From a virus (Duplodnaviria > Heunggongvirae > Uroviricota > Caudoviricetes), in IMG/VR virus record IMGVR_UViG_3300001282_000006: a stretch of 64,000 nucleotides of DNA, one strand, 5' to 3'. This document shows, in pieces, positions 1 to 10,394 of the stretch (the first letter of the stretch is position 1; the number at the start of each line of letters is the position of its first letter). The position numbers and the translations under genes are program-made. A model generated the notes under the pieces. It saw only the letters and a list, made by a program, of their open reading frames with translations, searched no databases and was not told the origin of the DNA.

Positions 1-1
1 A

Positions 2-994
2 TTATCTGAGGGAACAGAACATTATTCATTTGTTCAAACTACATTAGGTATTTTAAGCTCATCGTCTGGTACAAGTGGTGTTTCTGGTTCAAGTGGATCA
101 ACAGGATCATCTGGTACATCCGGATCAAGTGGTTCTTCCGGTGTTAATGGTATATCATCAAATGGTCCTCAAAATTATATTCAAGTTTTAGGTAGTCAAA
201 TTGGTAGTATTTCTACTATTGGTTCTACTATTATTAGTGGAACTATATCTACTACTGGCGGGCCGGTTAAGATAATGGCTACTGGAGATGCAAACCCACA
301 ATCTGTGACGGGTTGGGTGAGACTTCAAATTTATAGAGATAATACTCCAATAGGAAATATAATTCAAGCAGAAACTTCGGGAAATAATGTTAATGTTCCA
401 TATTGTTTAGATTATATAGATAATCCATCTACAGGAACATATGTTTACAGTATGAGAACTGTTAGTGGTATATCAGGAACCTTCCAATTTGGAGAGGTTA
501 ATGGACCAACTTTAACAATTGTTGAATTAACTGGGTCGGGTACTTCCGGTACATCAGGTATAGCTCCTACAAGTTTATCTTTATCAGAAACACTTACTGT
601 TTCTGGCACATCTTCATTTAGTGGATTAACAGTTTTACAAGAAGTGACTGAAGTTATTAACTCAACACCGGGTGCTACGGCATCAACTGTTGTTTATGAT
701 TTTACAACGGGTTCTAATTGGTATCATTCATCTATTAATACTAATTATACTGCTAATTTCACAAATATTCCAACAACAAATAATAGAGCTATAACAGCTA
801 CAATTGTTATGAGTCAAAGTTCAACGGCTTATATGCCAACTGCTGTTCAAATAAATGGATCTGGTCAACAAATTAGATGGGCTGGTGGTACTGCTTCTGG
901 AACACCAAATCAAGTTGATATAGTTGGATTTACATTTATTAGAAGTGGTAATGTCTGGGCTCAAGTCTTAGGACAAATAAACACTTTTGATTAA
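2..994 (+). CDS. Collagen-like (G-S/T-S)n repeat structural protein, 5' partial. The frame is open from the window edge, and the annotated Met at 275 is internal.
   Basis: Frame 2 has no stop from nt 2 to 994. It contains GTSGVSGSSGSTGSSGTSGSSGSSG and later GSGTSGTSG runs. Confidence 0.65.
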   Translation, partial: LSEGTEHYSFVQTTLGILSSSSGTSGVSGSSGSTGSSGTSGSSGSSGVNGISSNGPQNYIQVLGSQIGSISTIGSTIISGTISTTGGPVKIMATGDANPQSVTGWVRLQIYRDNTPIGNIIQAETSGNNVNVPYCLDYIDNPSTGTYVYSMRTVSGISGTFQFGEVNGPTLTIVELTGSGTSGTSGIAPTSLSLSETLTVSGTSSFSGLTVLQEVTEVINSTPGATASTVVYDFTTGSNWYHSSINTNYTANFTNIPTTNNRAITATIVMSQSSTAYMPTAVQINGSGQQIRWAGGTASGTPNQVDIVGFTFIRSGNVWAQVLGQINTFD

Positions 995-3074
995 TATGCT
1001 AAGTAGATTATCATCATTCTCAGGGCCTTTATCACCATTATTTAGAATACCAGTTGGTGGATTTACAGCAGATGGTTTAATTTTAAGATATGAAATATCT
1101 GATAGAGATTCATATTCAGGCACATCTTCAGTTATTGACTTAGTATCTAATAGTAATTCTACATTATATAATGGACCAACATATTCTATAAATGGTTACA
1201 TAAATTTTGATGGTATTAATGACTATCTATCAACAAATACATCACTTAATTCTAAATTATCACCAGTTAATACATCAACTATTATTTCACATTTTACTTG
1301 GGCGTATCCAACAGATAATGGTGTTATTGTTTCTGAGATTGGTCAGACTACACCAAATATATTGTGGCATGACTCACAGATTGAAATAGTTAGTGGAAAT
1401 TTAAAATTTGGTTTATGGACTGGAATTGGTGGTGTATCAAGTTTAAATTCTTCAATTTCAACACCTTTTTATAATTGGTACTATGTTGGTCTTACTTATG
1501 ATGGTACTACAATGAGAGGTTATGTTAATGGTCAATTAGCAGGTACTAAAAATCTTATAAGAGATACTCCTTATAATCTAGGTAGCACCGGATTACACTA
1601 TGCTATAGGAGCGTCTGATTCAACAAGTTTAGGTGATGGTAGTCCAGCTAAAATGAAGTTAGGTGCTTTTCATGTTTATAATACAGCTCTTAGTCAACAA
1701 CAAATATTAAATAATTATGATTTTACTAAATCTGATTATATTTATACGGGTAGTATGTCTATTTGGATTGATGCTAATGATCCAGCAAGTTTCTCAGGTG
1801 GTTCAGTTAATGATTTAAGTGGTAATAATTATACACATACTTTAACAGCAGGTGCTACTTCATCTACTATATTTGGTTTTAAATCTTTTGATTGTTCGAC
1901 TGGTAATGAAAGAGTTGAAGTTAATGGTACAGGTCCTACATTACCAACAACTGGATATACATATGTTTCTTGGGCAAGACTTATCAGTGCTACCTCATCA
2001 TATAGAACTTTACTTTATACAAATATATCAGGTGATAAATATACACCAATTACTATTCCCAATGGAACAAATACATTAGGATGGTGGGATAGAAATCCTC
2101 CTGCTCAGTTCAGAACTTCTGGCTATGGTCTAACATCTTCTGTTGATGTTTGGGTTCAATATGCTGTTGTTGGAGATAATTCATCACATACATACTATAT
2201 AAATGATGCTCAAGTAGGAAACTCAGTTCCTTACGGTATTAGTGGAACAACTACACATTGGGGATTGGGTAATAATGCTCTAGCTGGTCAACCTTTTGGT
2301 TATGTTGGGAATATGATGTTCTATAATAAAAAATTAACACTAGCTGAAATTAAACAAAACTATGATGCTCTAAAACATGTATATGCTAATGGAAATTTTG
2401 TAATTGATAATATAAAAACATCTTTACTGCCTTATAATGCTAATAATAATACTACTTGGTCTACATCAACCGGTACTTTTAGTGCTACAATGACAGGTTC
2501 ACCATCATACAATTCTCTTGGATATACATTTAACGGTACTAGTCAATATGGTAGAATTCCTAGTTCTGCTGGTATTACAGATTTTACAAACGCTGATACT
2601 TATACAATAGAAGTTTGGTTCAATCCATCTTCAAGTCAGCCAACTCCAGTAACAACTGTTTTAGAAAAATGGAATCTGGGTAATATATCAAGATATCCTT
2701 ATACATTAAGATTTAATGAGGGTATAAGTAATGCTTATTTTGCTTGTTATGATGGAACTAATTTCCCTTCAGCTAGCTTAACAGGAATTTCAGTAGGTAA
2801 CTGGTGTCAAGTGGTTGGCGTTTTTAATTTTACAACAGATGTTTTAAGTGTTTATAAGAATGGTGTAATTAGTGGTAGCGCAAGTTTAGTTGGAGTCGGA
2901 CAAGTAAGTAACACAAGTCCTGTGGGAATTGCTCATAGAATTAGTGTTGATGGACTATCCGCTGAATTTATGTTCAAGGGTTCAATAGGTATAATAAGAA
3001 TGTATAGTTCTGCTTTAAGTGCTTCTGATGTTTCTAAAAACTTTGAAGCTAACAGAGGTATTTATGAAATTTAA
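987..3074 (+). CDS. Fibre or structural protein with about three concanavalin-A-like lectin / LamG-type domains.
   Basis: Repeated LamG-like signature blocks such as YNWYYVGLTYDGTTMRGYVNGQLAG, WVQYAVVGDNSSHTYYINDAQVG and NWCQVVGVFNFTTDVLSVYKNGV. Confidence 0.55.
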   Translation: MINMLSRLSSFSGPLSPLFRIPVGGFTADGLILRYEISDRDSYSGTSSVIDLVSNSNSTLYNGPTYSINGYINFDGINDYLSTNTSLNSKLSPVNTSTIISHFTWAYPTDNGVIVSEIGQTTPNILWHDSQIEIVSGNLKFGLWTGIGGVSSLNSSISTPFYNWYYVGLTYDGTTMRGYVNGQLAGTKNLIRDTPYNLGSTGLHYAIGASDSTSLGDGSPAKMKLGAFHVYNTALSQQQILNNYDFTKSDYIYTGSMSIWIDANDPASFSGGSVNDLSGNNYTHTLTAGATSSTIFGFKSFDCSTGNERVEVNGTGPTLPTTGYTYVSWARLISATSSYRTLLYTNISGDKYTPITIPNGTNTLGWWDRNPPAQFRTSGYGLTSSVDVWVQYAVVGDNSSHTYYINDAQVGNSVPYGISGTTTHWGLGNNALAGQPFGYVGNMMFYNKKLTLAEIKQNYDALKHVYANGNFVIDNIKTSLLPYNANNNTTWSTSTGTFSATMTGSPSYNSLGYTFNGTSQYGRIPSSAGITDFTNADTYTIEVWFNPSSSQPTPVTTVLEKWNLGNISRYPYTLRFNEGISNAYFACYDGTNFPSASLTGISVGNWCQVVGVFNFTTDVLSVYKNGVISGSASLVGVGQVSNTSPVGIAHRISVDGLSAEFMFKGSIGIIRMYSSALSASDVSKNFEANRGIYEI

Positions 3075-3092
3075 TAATTTAATATATAACAT

Positions 3093-4052
3093 ATGATTAA
3101 AAGATATTTAGAGTTTATAAAAGAAAGTCAAATTAATGGATTCAATTCACTAGGTGAGTGGGTTGAATCTTTAATATCTGATGATTATGTTAGAAACATA
3201 GTAGCTCGTTATACAAAAGATTCTGATGCTTCTATTGATTTATCAAATGCTATTAATATCTTAGATGATAATACTAAAGATGAAATTAAATATCAAATTG
3301 ATAATTATTTACAAAATGGTATTGAAGAAAAAGAACCTGAGTTCTTAGTTTCAACTGATTTAGAAGAATTAACTGAATCTGAGATTACAGTTGCTGGTAA
3401 AGGTATATTTATTTCTTTCTTAAAATCTTTAACCAGTTTAGGTCAAAAAGAAGTGGGTCCAAATTGGTCTAAATCTTCAGATGACTTTTTATTATACTAT
3501 TACTATCCTAATTTACAATCAGAACATGTAAAACAAGTATTTTCAAGATTCAAATCTTTAAGTAGATACTTAGACCATGTTGATTATCAAAAAAATGAAG
3601 TTGATTTATACTTTGGTATCAAATGTGATGGTAATTTTGAATATGGTTTACATTATGATGTACCAACACCAATTGGTCAATTTAAGTTGAATCAATCTGT
3701 TATTAAATGGATTTGTCAAATTGAATCTAAGTCTGCTCATTCATTAAAGAAAGAATTAGTTAATTTAACTTTAGCAGATGTAATTACATTAGGTAAAATT
3801 AAATTAGATATGAAAGAATTCAATCCGGGATATCACGAATCAAAAGATGTTGTGAAAATTCAAGATAAGATTATTTCATTTGGATATAAAGGTTTAGGTA
3901 AATGGGACAACGGTAAATTTGATGAAGGTGAGTTTATGAATATTAAAAATAACTTCACTACTTGGGTAATGACTAAGAGATGGGGTGGTAAAGTTTTAAT
4001 AAGTGTTAAACCAACATCATATTATGTTTACATACATATAAAATTAAAGTAA
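3093..4052 (+). CDS. Hypothetical protein with a T4-CTS-like N-terminal leader (MIKRYLEFIKE|S).
   Basis: 319-aa ORF. TTTAATATATAAC motif lies immediately upstream of the ATG. Confidence 0.7.
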   Translation: MIKRYLEFIKESQINGFNSLGEWVESLISDDYVRNIVARYTKDSDASIDLSNAINILDDNTKDEIKYQIDNYLQNGIEEKEPEFLVSTDLEELTESEITVAGKGIFISFLKSLTSLGQKEVGPNWSKSSDDFLLYYYYPNLQSEHVKQVFSRFKSLSRYLDHVDYQKNEVDLYFGIKCDGNFEYGLHYDVPTPIGQFKLNQSVIKWICQIESKSAHSLKKELVNLTLADVITLGKIKLDMKEFNPGYHESKDVVKIQDKIISFGYKGLGKWDNGKFDEGEFMNIKNNFTTWVMTKRWGGKVLISVKPTSYYVYIHIKLK

Positions 4053-4054
4053 TC

Positions 4055-4798
4055 ATGAAAATTAAAAACTATAAACTATTTTTAGAGTCAAATAATTTTG
4101 ACTTTGATTTTTTAGCAAACATTGGTAAAATGAAACAAGCTATTATTAAAATAGTTCAACTTCATGAGAAAAAGTGTTATGGTGATATTAAACTATCATC
4201 TTATGAAAGATTTAAAGCTTCATTAAATGATTTAATTGATAGTGCTGTTAAAGGTGAATATACAATTACTGAAGATTACTTATCTGTAATTAATTTATTT
4301 GAAAAAGAAGTTTATGGAAAAGATTTACTTTCTTCTTATGAAGAATCTATTTTTAGTCATTTAGATGATTTGATATCTTGTTTTAATAGTTTATTAGATA
4401 ATGAGGAAAAAGACGAAGAAGATATTATGAGATTAGGAAAAGATGCTGACCATATCTTAAATAAGATGGATGAGACTTGGATTTATACTTCTGATGAATC
4501 TAATGTTAGTATTTCTGATATTGATATAAGTGATATTGATGATGCTATTGCTGGTTTAGACGATAGATTGTCAAAAGAAACAGATGACATGTGGACTTCT
4601 GAAGAAGAATTTGAAAAGGATATTGAATCATATATTGGAAAGAAAATGGATGATTTTGATTACTCGGATAAACTACAAGCTTATCAATATATTGAGAACA
4701 AAGAATGGGTGAAAAATATACTTGAAGGTGGTTCAGAAAAAGATAAAGACTTTGTTACTAACTTTCTTTCTCAAATGAAAGATATGTTTGGCATATAA
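4055..4798 (+). CDS. Hypothetical acidic protein with a CTS-like leader (MKIKNYKLFLE|S).
   Basis: 247-aa ORF rich in D/E. Confidence 0.7.
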   Translation: MKIKNYKLFLESNNFDFDFLANIGKMKQAIIKIVQLHEKKCYGDIKLSSYERFKASLNDLIDSAVKGEYTITEDYLSVINLFEKEVYGKDLLSSYEESIFSHLDDLISCFNSLLDNEEKDEEDIMRLGKDADHILNKMDETWIYTSDESNVSISDIDISDIDDAIAGLDDRLSKETDDMWTSEEEFEKDIESYIGKKMDDFDYSDKLQAYQYIENKEWVKNILEGGSEKDKDFVTNFLSQMKDMFGI

Positions 4799-4813
4799 AT
4801 TAATATATACATT

Positions 4814-5125
4814 ATGAAATACTTAAAGAAATATAACGAAAATCAAGAACAACAAGATCCTGAGTTTGCTATTGCTAAAATTAAGGGAAGATATCCTGAG
4901 GATATGGTTCAAGATATGTTAAATGATGAGATTAATCAGTGGAAGCCAGATGAAGAAGATCCAGAATTCTATTCAAGAACTGGAAACGGAGAAGCAGAAG
5001 ATGTTATCATCAATCAAATGATTGGTTGGTTTGATAAAAAGTATTATGCTTTATCTGATGAAAACTTTGAGAAAGTTAAACAATTAATACTAAAAGAGTA
5101 TGAGTTCTTAAACTTTAACTACTAA
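4814..5125 (+). CDS. Hypothetical protein (MKYLKKYNE..., weak CTS-like start).
   Basis: 103-aa ORF. TATAAATTAATATATACATT sits directly upstream of the ATG. Confidence 0.6.
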   Translation: MKYLKKYNENQEQQDPEFAIAKIKGRYPEDMVQDMLNDEINQWKPDEEDPEFYSRTGNGEAEDVIINQMIGWFDKKYYALSDENFEKVKQLILKEYEFLNFNY

Positions 5126-5130
5126 ACAAA

Positions 5131-5170
5131 AAATGAAAACTTTTCTATAACAAGAAAAGTTTTTTGTTTT
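5131..5170 (+). terminator. Rho-independent terminator-like hairpin.
   Basis: gaaaacttttct-ataaca-agaaaagtttt followed by a T-run. Confidence 0.5.
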
Positions 5171-5503
5171 ATGAAAACACCAAATTTATTTCCCGTAGCT
5201 ATGAAAATTGCTGCTCAAACTATTGGACAAGATTTAGTCAGTGTTCAACCAATGGCTGGACCAGGTGGAATGACTAAAGAAGAAAGAGAAAGAATTGAAG
5301 CCGAGATTAAACAAAAGAATCGTGATGGTAAAATCGATTCATTAATTGAAGGATCAGAATATAAAGAAGAAAAATTAGAAGAACATCCTGATTATAAACC
5401 AGGTAGTGGTTGTCAATTATTTTATATGGATTATACTTACAATTCTCCAACTCACAAAAAAACAAGAAGAAGTAAAAAGAAAAAGAAAGATGGGAGTATT
5501 TAA
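5171..5503 (+). CDS. Hypothetical protein.
   Basis: 110-aa ORF with a Lys-rich C-terminus. Confidence 0.5.
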   Translation: MKTPNLFPVAMKIAAQTIGQDLVSVQPMAGPGGMTKEERERIEAEIKQKNRDGKIDSLIEGSEYKEEKLEEHPDYKPGSGCQLFYMDYTYNSPTHKKTRRSKKKKKDGSI

Positions 5504-5675
5504 GAGTCCAGGAGTTTTTGTTAAAGAAGTAGATATATCTATTGTTAGACCAACTTTTTCCAAAAGATATTCAAGAAGAATAAAAATAGGTAAAATATTT
5601 GATATAGATGTTCCTAATATTATTATAACTTCTACTCCAAAAGGAGGACCCTCAAACTTTCCACAAATCTGGTGA
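5490..5675 (+). CDS. Small hypothetical protein. It overlaps the end of the previous ORF.
   Basis: ATG at 5490 inside the ORF 5406..5675 on the six-frame track. Confidence 0.3.
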   Translation: MGVFKSPGVFVKEVDISIVRPTFSKRYSRRIKIGKIFDIDVPNIIITSTPKGGPSNFPQIW

Positions 5676-5705
5676 TGAAAACATGTTAGAGTAATATATA
5701 CTCTA

Positions 5706-6041
5706 ATGATAAATGTTTATTTGATATGTGCCGAATTTGAAGGAAGAAGATTGTATAAGATTGGTTATACAAGAAGAGATGTCTCTAAAAGAATTAAAGA
5801 GTTGAAGACTGGTAACGGTTCTGAAATGTATGTTATAGATTCTTTTAAGTCAAAATGGGGAACTAAAATTGAATCACAGTTACACAGAACATTTAAAAGT
5901 AAAAAGATAAATGGTGAGTGGTTTGATTTAACTGATGAAGAAGTAAAATCATTTATGGAAAAATGTAAATCTTCACATGATGTGATGGAACTAATTACCA
6001 CCAACAATACTTACTACTTAGAAACTGGTAAACTATATTAA
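5706..6041 (+). CDS. GIY-YIG-like T5orf172 / MUG113-domain protein.
   Basis: YKIGYTRRDVSKRIKELKTGNGSEMYV...INGEWFDL matches the T5orf172 pattern (KIGxT..R..EL...EWF). GTAATATATACTCTA lies just upstream of the ATG. Confidence 0.55.
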   Translation: MINVYLICAEFEGRRLYKIGYTRRDVSKRIKELKTGNGSEMYVIDSFKSKWGTKIESQLHRTFKSKKINGEWFDLTDEEVKSFMEKCKSSHDVMELITTNNTYYLETGKLY

Positions 6042-6050
6042 TAAATATAA

Positions 6051-6058
6051 TATAAATA
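6051..6058 (+). promoter_or_regulatory. TATAAATA box (T4-late-promoter-like) 19 nt upstream of the ATG at 6077.
   Basis: Exact TATAAATA. Confidence 0.35.
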
Positions 6059-6076
6059 AAAAATAAACTTTCGAAT

Positions 6077-6343
6077 ATGAGCTCAATGAAAGAAATAGCA
6101 ATTAGAGATTATGTCTCTAAGATTGATTTTAAAAATGATGATTGGAAACTACCAAAAATCAAAGAAGACATGCGTAAATTTTTAGGTGAAGAACCTGGAA
6201 TTGAAGTTGTTTACAAAAAAGATGTAATGGTAAATGAATTTACTGGTGAGTCTAAAGAATTTGTAGATGTTGATAAAATTCAAATCATTTTTACTGATAC
6301 AGATGATAGATTTAAAAAATTAGAATTCACTTTAGGTGTTTAA
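6077..6343 (+). CDS. Hypothetical protein.
   Basis: 88-aa ORF. Confidence 0.55.
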   Translation: MSSMKEIAIRDYVSKIDFKNDDWKLPKIKEDMRKFLGEEPGIEVVYKKDVMVNEFTGESKEFVDVDKIQIIFTDTDDRFKKLEFTLGV

Positions 6344-6345
6344 TA

Positions 6346-6705
6346 ATGGATAATGAAATTAAAATAACAGCAGATATAGTAGACTATCTTGGTAAATACG
6401 AAGATGGTGTGATAGTTCTGTTGTCTATTGGATATAAAGAAGAGTACACAGAAGGCACTCTTTATTATTCTGATAAAATGTTAGCTTTAACAGTTGACGA
6501 ATCTATAGAAAATGACTTAGGTAGTCCTATAGAACTTTGGTCTGGTTATAAAGACCTTCTTATTTCAATTCTTAAAAGAGTTGTTCCTTATACTGAGATT
6601 ATCAATAGATTAGATGATGTCAATTTTACACAATATTTTGGCGATGTTAAAATAGAATCAACAGAAGCTGAAGATATAGATGAAGATGATATAACAACTG
6701 AGTAA
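6346..6705 (+). CDS. Hypothetical acidic protein.
   Basis: 119-aa ORF. Confidence 0.55.
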   Translation: MDNEIKITADIVDYLGKYEDGVIVLLSIGYKEEYTEGTLYYSDKMLALTVDESIENDLGSPIELWSGYKDLLISILKRVVPYTEIINRLDDVNFTQYFGDVKIESTEAEDIDEDDITTE

Positions 6706-6725
6706 ACTAATTTTGATTATTTTGA

Positions 6726-6733
6726 TATAAATA
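6726..6733 (+). promoter_or_regulatory. TATAAATA box 21 nt upstream of the SbcC-like gene.
   Basis: Exact TATAAATA. Confidence 0.35.
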
Positions 6734-6753
6734 AAAAATAGTCAAAAGTATTA

Positions 6754-8502
6754 ATGCTTATTAGTGAATTAGGAATTAGAGGATTCAAAAGTTATGGTAA
6801 TAACGAACAAGTCTTAAAATTAAATACGGAAAAAGGAGAATTGATTCTTCTTGTTGGAAATAACGGAGCAGGTAAATCATCTTTGTTAGATTCCTTCGAT
6901 TACACACTTTATGGTAAAGTTAGAGGTCGTAAAAAGAAATGGGCCACTTTATCCACACTCCCAAACAGAATTAACGGTGAACTACTTAATAGAATTAAAT
7001 TTAATTCTTTAGGTACTGACGTTGAAATAAAACGAGGTATATCACCTGGTGTGTTAGAACTTACAGAAAACGGTGTTGTCAATGAAAGAGCCGGTAAAGG
7101 TAATGTTGATGAAAAGATTGAAAAGTATATCGGTATGGATATTGAAACTTTCAAATCATTTATCTCAATGTCTATTAATGATTTCAAAAACTTTATCTCT
7201 TTATCAAATGAAGAAAAACAACTTCTTTTAGATAAGTTGTTCAACTTAGAAGTTATCAATATCTTAAATGGTATCTTAAAAGATATCGCTAAGAATAATA
7301 AAGTCAGAGCCGCTTCTTTTGATGGTGAAATTAGAACTTTAGATGACTCAATTTCATCTATTCAAAAGTCTATTGATAAAGCTATTGAAAGGCAAAAAGA
7401 AGAAGCTAGACTAGCTTTAGAAAGAGAGAAAGAAGATATTCAAGCCGAGATTGATAGAATCACAGGTGAGATGAATTCTAGAAAAGATGATTATAAATCT
7501 TTGAAAGAAAAGATGGATAAAATCAAAGAAAAGGATTCAGAATTATCTGATGAGATGGACAAAGAAAAAAGACAACTTATCAATTGTCAAAATGATATTA
7601 AGAATGTTCAAAGAGAATTAGACTTATATGATTCTGGTAAATGTCCTACTTGTAAAACAGATTTTGATTCGGTTCACTTTGCTAATTTAAGAACGGCTTT
7701 AGAAGAAAAGAAATTAGGTTTTGAAAATATCAAATCTGAAATTGAAGCTAATGTTACTAAGATAAGAGAAAGACAAGTTAAGTTAAAAGGTTTATCTGAA
7801 ACAACTACAACAACTTTTAATGATTTAAGTTATCTATTGAAAAACTATAAATCAGAGATTGATAAATTAGTTCAAAAGAAAGCTTCTCAAACTGTTCCGG
7901 TTAATACTACTCCTTCTATTAATATTCAAGAGTTTCAAAATACAATTGAAGAACTTGAAGAAAAGAAAGTAGTTAGTTCTGATAACATCACAGTTTGTAA
8001 AGAGAAAGACCTTTATTATAAAGAGTTGAATCGTATCTTTGGTGAAGATGGTGTTAAGAAGTCTATAATCTCTGGCATTATTAAACCAATCAATCACTTT
8101 ATTGCTGAGAATATTAAAAAGATGAGTTTGCCATTTGAAGTAAGATTAGATGAAACTTTTACAGCTGAGATTAAACAATTAGGTTCTCAAATTGAACACG
8201 ATTCTTTATCAACTGGTGAAACTAAAAAAGTTAATATTAGTATCTTAATTGCTTACTTGAAGTTAATTAGAACTAAGCGTCATATCAATATACTCTTCTT
8301 GGATGAGGTCTTCTCTTCTATTGATATCGAAGGTATAGATTCTATTTTGGCTCTCTTAAAATCGTTCGCAAACGATTATAACATCAATATCTTTGTTGTC
8401 CATCATGCTATTTTGAACCAAGAGATGTTTGATAGAATACTGAAGATTAATAAAGAAGTGTTTTCTTCGATAGAAGAGGTTGATCTGAGTTATGGAAGTT
8501 GA
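6754..8502 (+). CDS. sbcC: SbcC / Rad50-like recombination ATPase (T4 gp46-like).
   Basis: Walker A motif LLVGNNGAGKSS. Long central coiled coil with a CPTCKTDF zinc hook. C-terminal LFLDEVFSSID. Confidence 0.8.
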   Translation: MLISELGIRGFKSYGNNEQVLKLNTEKGELILLVGNNGAGKSSLLDSFDYTLYGKVRGRKKKWATLSTLPNRINGELLNRIKFNSLGTDVEIKRGISPGVLELTENGVVNERAGKGNVDEKIEKYIGMDIETFKSFISMSINDFKNFISLSNEEKQLLLDKLFNLEVINILNGILKDIAKNNKVRAASFDGEIRTLDDSISSIQKSIDKAIERQKEEARLALEREKEDIQAEIDRITGEMNSRKDDYKSLKEKMDKIKEKDSELSDEMDKEKRQLINCQNDIKNVQRELDLYDSGKCPTCKTDFDSVHFANLRTALEEKKLGFENIKSEIEANVTKIRERQVKLKGLSETTTTTFNDLSYLLKNYKSEIDKLVQKKASQTVPVNTTPSINIQEFQNTIEELEEKKVVSSDNITVCKEKDLYYKELNRIFGEDGVKKSIISGIIKPINHFIAENIKKMSLPFEVRLDETFTAEIKQLGSQIEHDSLSTGETKKVNISILIAYLKLIRTKRHINILFLDEVFSSIDIEGIDSILALLKSFANDYNINIFVVHHAILNQEMFDRILKINKEVFSSIEEVDLSYGS

Positions 8503-8782
8503 TAATTTGTTAGAATTATATCTTAACGCTAAGAAAGATAAGAAAGAAGCTATTAGTCTTCAAAAATATGAGAAAGCGGCTATGGCTAGAGATACAGAAC
8601 GCAAACATTCAGTTGATTTGTATGAGTTATTGAGTGGTGATAAAGTTGAAGCTTTTGATTATAATAAATTTGATAAACTTATTGATGATTACTGTATGAG
8701 TAAGTATGAAGTAAGTATTTATGATACACACTCATTAAAACAAATTATTAGACAGAAAAGACTAAAAGATTTAGGAATATAA
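8492..8782 (+). CDS. Hypothetical protein.
   Basis: 96-aa ORF. Confidence 0.5.
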   Translation: MEVDNLLELYLNAKKDKKEAISLQKYEKAAMARDTERKHSVDLYELLSGDKVEAFDYNKFDKLIDDYCMSKYEVSIYDTHSLKQIIRQKRLKDLGI

Positions 8783-8816
8783 AAAAAGCCTCTGATTTCT
8801 CAGAGGCTTTTTTTTA
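8781..8816. terminator. Bidirectional rho-independent terminator between convergent genes.
   Basis: aaaaaaagcctctga-tttc-tcagaggctttttttt. Confidence 0.75.
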
Positions 8817-8825
8817 AATATATTT

Positions 8826-10370
8826 TTAACAATCGTAACAATCTACTTGTCCTCGACCATAACAATTACCACATTCTACTGTTTCATCTCCATCACATTC
8901 ACGACATGTTCTTTTACCATCTCCATCACAATCTGAACAATTCACTTTACCAGATCCATCACAATCTGAACATTCTTCCTCTTCGCCATCAGAGCCTTCA
9001 ACATTACCAGATCCATCACAATTTGAACAATCTTCTTTACCATCACCATCACAACTATTACACTCAATAGTTCCTTCACCATCACAATTACCACAAGAAA
9101 CTGTACCTTCACCGTCACAGTCATAACATTCAGTTCTACCAGAACCATTACAAGTATCACAAGGTCTAACATAGTCACCACCTGTATCTTCTAAGAAGTA
9201 ACAACCACCAGTATCCTCATTTGAAATAGTTTTTGTTCTTGAGTTAAAATATTTAAGTGTATCTAAATAAGGAAAATTATCCATACTAGCATCAGTTAAA
9301 TTAACAGTTAAATCTAAATTAACTCTACTTCCATCTGGAGCTATAGCTTGACCACTATCTGAACTATTATTATGTTCTTTATAGTACCAACCATTTTCTT
9401 TAGCATAATCTCTGAATAGTTCAACATCAGAAGGATTTACTGTATAGATTCTATCTAAATATTCTTTACCATCTTTTAATTTCCAAAGTAATGCTCTACC
9501 GATAATTTTTTCAGTATCATCCATTGATTTGTAAATAACTAAACCAACTTCTGGATTAGCAGTATAAACTTCTAACCAACTATCTGGAGCACCAGCCATA
9601 CAAGACGAACCTAAAGTACCATTTCTTTCAAAGTAGTTTTCATTATGATACCAATGAGCAATATCGGAACCTCTAGCAACTTCAATATAAGAGAATTTAT
9701 CATTCATCTTATCAATAGTAGCTTTATATAAATTCACAAATTGTTCAAAATCTTTATCAGTAAATTCAGCACCAGCCGCTTTTAAAAGCGCTCTCATTGC
9801 TCTACCTACTTTAATCTCTTGTCTACTTGATGACCAAACTTTTTTAAGTTTTTCATCAACAGATCTTAATTTCTCAACATTATAAACGCCTTGACCAGCA
9901 TCATTTCCAGATAAATCTTTAAATTTAACCCAAGCATAAGATTTACCACTTGTTTCAGATGTTACTTTAGCAACAACTTCACCTAAATCTCTTGAATTAG
10001 GTTTATAAGGTTCAGAACCTTCTTCAAATGTATAACCTAGTTTTTCAAATAAGCCATTATTAGACTCTTTGTGTTTTAACCAACCTCCACCAGAACCTGT
10101 AAATCTAACCACTTCTTTAGTATCACCTAAAATCTCTTGTGCTTTTCTATCAGGAGTAAAAGAAATTGTATCATTTTTAGAAAATTCTATATCAAGATAA
10201 TTAGCTTGAACAGTTAAGTCATTATTTTCAACACCTAAAATGGCTTTAGCCATTGGATGGTCAATTTTAGCCATTGCCTTTCTGAAGTTATCAGAGAAAA
10301 CGACATTTGATTCTAGTATAAACTCTAGATTTTCTTTTATAAAGTCTGAATATTTTTTAATCATTTTCAA
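8826..10370 (-). CDS. CTS-like-leader protein with about ten C-terminal DnaJ-type CxxCxGxG zinc-finger repeats.
   Basis: N-terminus MKMIKKYSDFIKENLEFILES. C-terminus CDTCNGSGRTECYDCDGEGTVSCGNCDGEGT...CSDCDGSGKVNCSDCDGDGKRTCRECDGDETVECGNCYGRG. Confidence 0.8.
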   Translation of the reverse strand: MKMIKKYSDFIKENLEFILESNVVFSDNFRKAMAKIDHPMAKAILGVENNDLTVQANYLDIEFSKNDTISFTPDRKAQEILGDTKEVVRFTGSGGGWLKHKESNNGLFEKLGYTFEEGSEPYKPNSRDLGEVVAKVTSETSGKSYAWVKFKDLSGNDAGQGVYNVEKLRSVDEKLKKVWSSSRQEIKVGRAMRALLKAAGAEFTDKDFEQFVNLYKATIDKMNDKFSYIEVARGSDIAHWYHNENYFERNGTLGSSCMAGAPDSWLEVYTANPEVGLVIYKSMDDTEKIIGRALLWKLKDGKEYLDRIYTVNPSDVELFRDYAKENGWYYKEHNNSSDSGQAIAPDGSRVNLDLTVNLTDASMDNFPYLDTLKYFNSRTKTISNEDTGGCYFLEDTGGDYVRPCDTCNGSGRTECYDCDGEGTVSCGNCDGEGTIECNSCDGDGKEDCSNCDGSGNVEGSDGEEEECSDCDGSGKVNCSDCDGDGKRTCRECDGDETVECGNCYGRGQVDCYDC

Positions 10371-10394
10371 CTATGTTATGTTTTATAGATATAA

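Noticed and set aside
4814-5503. ORF 4814..5125 and ORF 5171..5503 are in the same frame with no second stop between them (possible TAA readthrough).
   Set aside because: The 45-nt gap is a terminator-like hairpin plus a T-run. 15 stop-free codons is not improbable. Neither half has homology that continues across the stop, unlike the FkbM case.
6909-8097. Minus-strand ORFs 6909..7259 and 7867..8097 inside the SbcC gene, and similar antisense ORFs such as 12510..12833, 17504..17701, 31179..31361, 32519..32803, 45126..46691 and 49704..50033.
   Set aside because: They are embedded antisense in long genes with clear homology or repeat structure. Their composition is typical of AT-rich antisense frames.
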